Positions 60,286-64,000 of a DNA stretch of 64,000 bases are shown here, piece after piece (the stretch's first letter is position 1; the number at the start of each line of letters is the position of its first letter). The notes beneath the pieces are model-generated. The model ran no database searches. It was not told the origin of the DNA and worked only from the letters and a program-made list of their open reading frames with translations. Made by a program: the position numbers and the translations under genes. This stretch comes from Octopus sinensis (Eukaryota): assembly GCF_006345805.1 (NCBI RefSeq), contig NC_043019.1:23435360-23499359 (forward strand), written 5' to 3'.

Positions 60286-60857
60286 AAGCAACAACAACAA
60301 CAGTAGCAGCAGCAGCAACAACAACAACAACAGTAGCATCAACAGCAGTAGCCGTTCAAGAATTTGGACCTGGAGATCTCCATTTCTAGCGACTTCGAGG
60401 GCCACCTCCCAGTGGTGTCGGGCGTCAATGAAGAGCCCTCGACTACAACAAGACAACCAAATTTTTTTTTGTTCTTTTCCAAGGTCTGGGGTCTCCTGCA
60501 CTTAATCCCTAGACCATCACCTAATCACCCTTACCCGTCTTGTTGCTTAACAACAACAACAAAATCAGCAGCAATGACCACAACAACAGCAACAGGAACA
60601 GCAACAACAACAGTTATACAGAAACATGTTGGGCAATGGAGATAGAACAACAGACATAAACTGTATCACATGGTTGCTAGATCTGCTAAAAATAACAAGT
60701 AAATCTTCCCAAAATTACACCCTATCATCTTGAAACAGGAAGGTTATATGAGGTAATATAGTCCTAGAAACCTGGAAAAGGGATTGTTATGGATAAAAGG
60801 GCTTTGGTCATAGGCTGGTTGGAACAGGGTCAACCTGGTGTTAAACACCATCAACAA

Positions 60858-60889
<32 letters not shown>

Positions 60890-61112
60890 CCACTAACACC
60901 ACCACCACCAACAACAACAACAACACTAACACCACCACACCACCACTACCACTAACACCACCAACACACCACCAACACCACCACTAACACCAACACCACC
61001 ACTAACACCACCACCAACACCACCACGATCACCATCACCACCACCATCACTTACAGCAACAACAACTACTGCACCACCACCACCACCACAACAACAACAA
61101 CAACAACTACAA
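60286..61112. repeat. (CAA)n/(CAG)n/(CAC)n trinucleotide repeat cluster
   Basis: Tracts at 60286-60350, 60545-60615, 60845-61112. Confidence 0.85.
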
Positions 61113-61515
61113 TAAAATGTCTATTGTACAGTTCACAGCTGCAGAGAAGAATGTGTAATTATTATTGCTGTTTCTATTGATTTCTTACATTGCCACATAT
61201 GGCACAAGGAATGAGGAATCAATACAAGAAATGAAGAATCGACCAGAAAATACATCCTCGTTTATTTTATTTCTATTTATTTTTGTATCACACAATTTGT
61301 ATGAACAAGGATGTCATTCATTGCTGGCTGCCAATGGACTAATTACTATCTCATTACATTTCTGACCATAGCAAGAACAATAAGGCAGTGTTGGTAAATC
61401 AGGGAAGAACAAATATGTCCAGGGCCTTTGTTCATAAAGCAGTAGTTTTAATGTTTTGCTTGCCAATATTTATGTCCTTCACCCATCTTATATCCTTCAC
61501 CTGTGTGTGTGTATG

Positions 61516-61552
<37 letters not shown>

Positions 61553-61556
<4 letters not shown>

Positions 61557-61726
61557 TTAGCCACTACACACATTTTTTTCTCTCCTTGTTTTCTGTGTCC
61601 TTTTCTGTAGAAGAGCGTAGGCTTGAAACATAAAAGACTTTTTCTATTCCTGAGCGTTATACTAATACATCTGTTTGTTTTGTACACCACCTGTCTTCGT
61701 CTTTTGTTTTTTTCATAAACTCTCCC
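61553..61726 (+). mobile_element. Family H1 element with hammerhead-like motif (61601-61636), embedded in (TA)n
   Basis: Homologous to 17236-17411. Confidence 0.78.
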
Positions 61727-61757
<31 letters not shown>

Positions 61758-61760
61758 GTG

Positions 61761-61798
<38 letters not shown>

Positions 61799-61801
61799 CA
61801 C

Positions 61802-61832
<31 letters not shown>

Positions 61833-61837
61833 TATAG

Positions 61838-62641
61838 GCGCAGACGTGGCTGTCTGGTAAGAAGCTTGCTTCCCAACCACATGGCTCCAGATTTAGTCCC
61901 ACTGCATGGTACCTTGAGTAAGTGTCTTCCACTATAGCCTTGGGCCAACCAAAGCCTTATGAATGGATTTGGTAGACGGAAACCGAATGAAGCCCATCAT
62001 ATATACATGTATATATTTATGTGTACATCTCTGTGTTTGTCCCCACTGCCATTTGATTGACAACCAATGCTGGTGTGTTTATGTTCCCATAACAAAGCAG
62101 TTCAGCAAAAGAGACTGACAGAATAAGTACTAGGCTTTCAAAGAATAAGTTGATTTCTTCAACTAAAACTCTTTCAGGCAGTGCTCCAGCATGGGTGTAG
62201 TCAAATGACTGAAACACATAAAAGAATAAAAGAATATAGGAGTGGCTGTGTGTAAGTAGCTTGCTTACCAACCACATGGTTCCAGGTTCAGTCCCACTGT
62301 GTGGCACCTTGTGTGGCACTGTGTGGAAAATGTCTTCTACTATAGCCTCGGGCCAACCAAAGCCTTGTGAGTGGATTTGGTAGGAGGAAACTGAAAGAAG
62401 CCCGTCATATATGTGTATATATATGTATGTGTGTATATGTTTGTGTGTCTGTGTTTGTCCCCCCAATATCGCTTGACAACCAATGCTGGTGTATTTACAT
62501 GTCCGTAACTTAGCAGTTTGGCAAAAGAGACCAATAGAATAAGTATTAGACTTACAAAGAATAAGTCCTGGGGTTGATTTCCTCGACTATAGGCGATGCT
62601 CCAGCATGGCCACAGTCAAATGAACTGAAACAAGTAAAAGA
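61838..62641 (+). mobile_element. Two tandem family B SINEs (61838-62228, 62237-62641)
   Basis: Head-body-tail pattern repeated twice. Confidence 0.85.
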
Positions 62642-62652
62642 AAGAAAGAAAA

Positions 62653-62686
<34 letters not shown>

Positions 62687-62859
62687 GAATAATAAAAAGA
62701 AAGTTCTTGGTACAGTGTTATGTATATTTGAAAATATAAAAGAATTTTGACATGTATGAATATTTATTTCCCCCCACTGTATATATATATATATATAAAT
62801 ATAACTTTTTAACTTTACAACTTATGTCACTTTACAGTTTAACATTTTTTAATTACAGA

Positions 62860-64000
62860 TTGCTTAAGGATGTCCCCGGGGTGGCAACCACTGTGGACTG
62901 TTGGTCAGCCCACAACAGGTCCTACCTGGGAATGATGGCACATTGGCTGAACCCCAAGACCTGCATGAGACAATACACCATCCTGGCCTGCTCTTGGCTC
63001 AGAGGACATCACATCTTTGATTTCTCACCCAGGCTATGGTGGACATCCAATACAAGTTCTATCTGCAAGACAAGGTGTCCAGGACTATGACAGACAACAG
63101 CAAAAACTTTGTTAAGGTATTTATTCAGTTTGGTACAGAAGTTGGACTCTTGCCAGACATTCCTGAGGCTGTTGCTGATCCAGACGTAGAAGGCATCAAG
63201 GATGTGGACCTGGACGTGGATAAAGTTGAGTACATCTCTGTTGATGCCATCTTTTATGAAACCAGTGGTCTGGGCCTAAACCTACCAGTGCACATGAAGT
63301 ACGCAGCCCATACCTGCAGCTCGGTAGCCAGTGTGGATGCCGACAAGACTCTTGACAAGTCAGCCTTCAGGAAGGCCATGTCCAAGGCACAGTGGCTGTG
63401 GAATCTGCAGAGCCACAGCACAGTGGCAGCAAAGAGTATTCTGGATGCATTGAAGAGGAGGCTGGTGGTCCCCAACAGTACAAGATGGAACTCTACCTAT
63501 GACTATGTTGTTCAACAACCTACTGGAGAAGAATAAAAGAGCTGTCCACAGGTTAATGACACGGCTGAAGCTGCAGGCCTTCACTAATGCTGATGTCGAT
63601 TTCCTAATGGAGTATACCCGGGTGATGTCTAATGTGTCCAAGACCTTGGATAAAATGGTGTGGAAGGACCAGGCCTATCTTGGGAGCTTTCTGCCAACTG
63701 TAGTGGCTGCTATCATGAAGTTGAAGGAGGATAAGTTCAAACATCTCTTGTACTGCAGTCCTCTGGTAGATGTGATACTAGCAGGCATCACAAAAAGCTC
63801 AGGGCTCCTCCTAGAAGACCTAGAGTGCCAGCTGCCTGCTGCCTTCCAACCCAATTTTCACCTGTTCTGATTGGAACAGTAAAATAACAGCCAGGTTAGC
63901 AAAGCAATGGATGCCATGGAGACTGTCGTAGAGACAGCCCTAATGGAGACCAATGAAGAGGGCAGCAGCAGCACCACCACCAGCAATGAGGATGAGGAGG
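62860..64000 (+). pseudogene. hAT-superfamily transposase pseudogene, running to the window end
   Basis: TTVDCWSAHNRSYLGMMAHW (first Asp), TDNSKNFVK (second Asp), YAAHT (CxxH-like), VPNSTRWNSTY; split over three frameshifted ORFs. Confidence 0.88.

Noticed and set aside
60229-60645. Poly-Asn/Ser/Leu ORFs
   Set aside because: Driven by CAA/CAG repeats; no consistent splice sites or domain.

Overview
Eukaryotic, AT-rich, microsatellite- and SINE-dense DNA; the repeat families suggest a coleoid cephalopod, probably Octopus (inference, not searched). One intact protein-coding gene is present: a minus-strand BACE (beta-secretase, BACE1/2-like) membrane aspartyl protease. It has 10 GT-AG coding exons between 10899 and 31477, totalling 1530 nt (509 aa plus stop), with DTGS and DSGT catalytic motifs, a flap Tyr, six conserved Cys and a C-terminal TM helix. 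Two short 5'UTR exons carrying uORFs are predicted upstream. The rest is repeat landscape: at least five SINE-like families (nested, with TSDs, some multimeric), a degenerate 5S rRNA copy fused to a LINE 3' tail, remnants of Helitron, Tc1/mariner, Gypsy, RTE, CR1/L2-group and hAT elements, piggyBac- and mariner-type MITEs, several long palindromes, an ~856-bp tandem duplication 3' of the BACE stop, and many mini/microsatellites. The most unusual signals are (i) two related families of short elements sharing a covarying minimal hammerhead-ribozyme-like fold, (ii) a 5S-head/LINE-tail chimera with SINE3 architecture, (iii) SINE multimers apparently amplified as units, and (iv) uORF and sorting-tail features of the BACE gene. 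All family names come from motif recognition; no database search was run.
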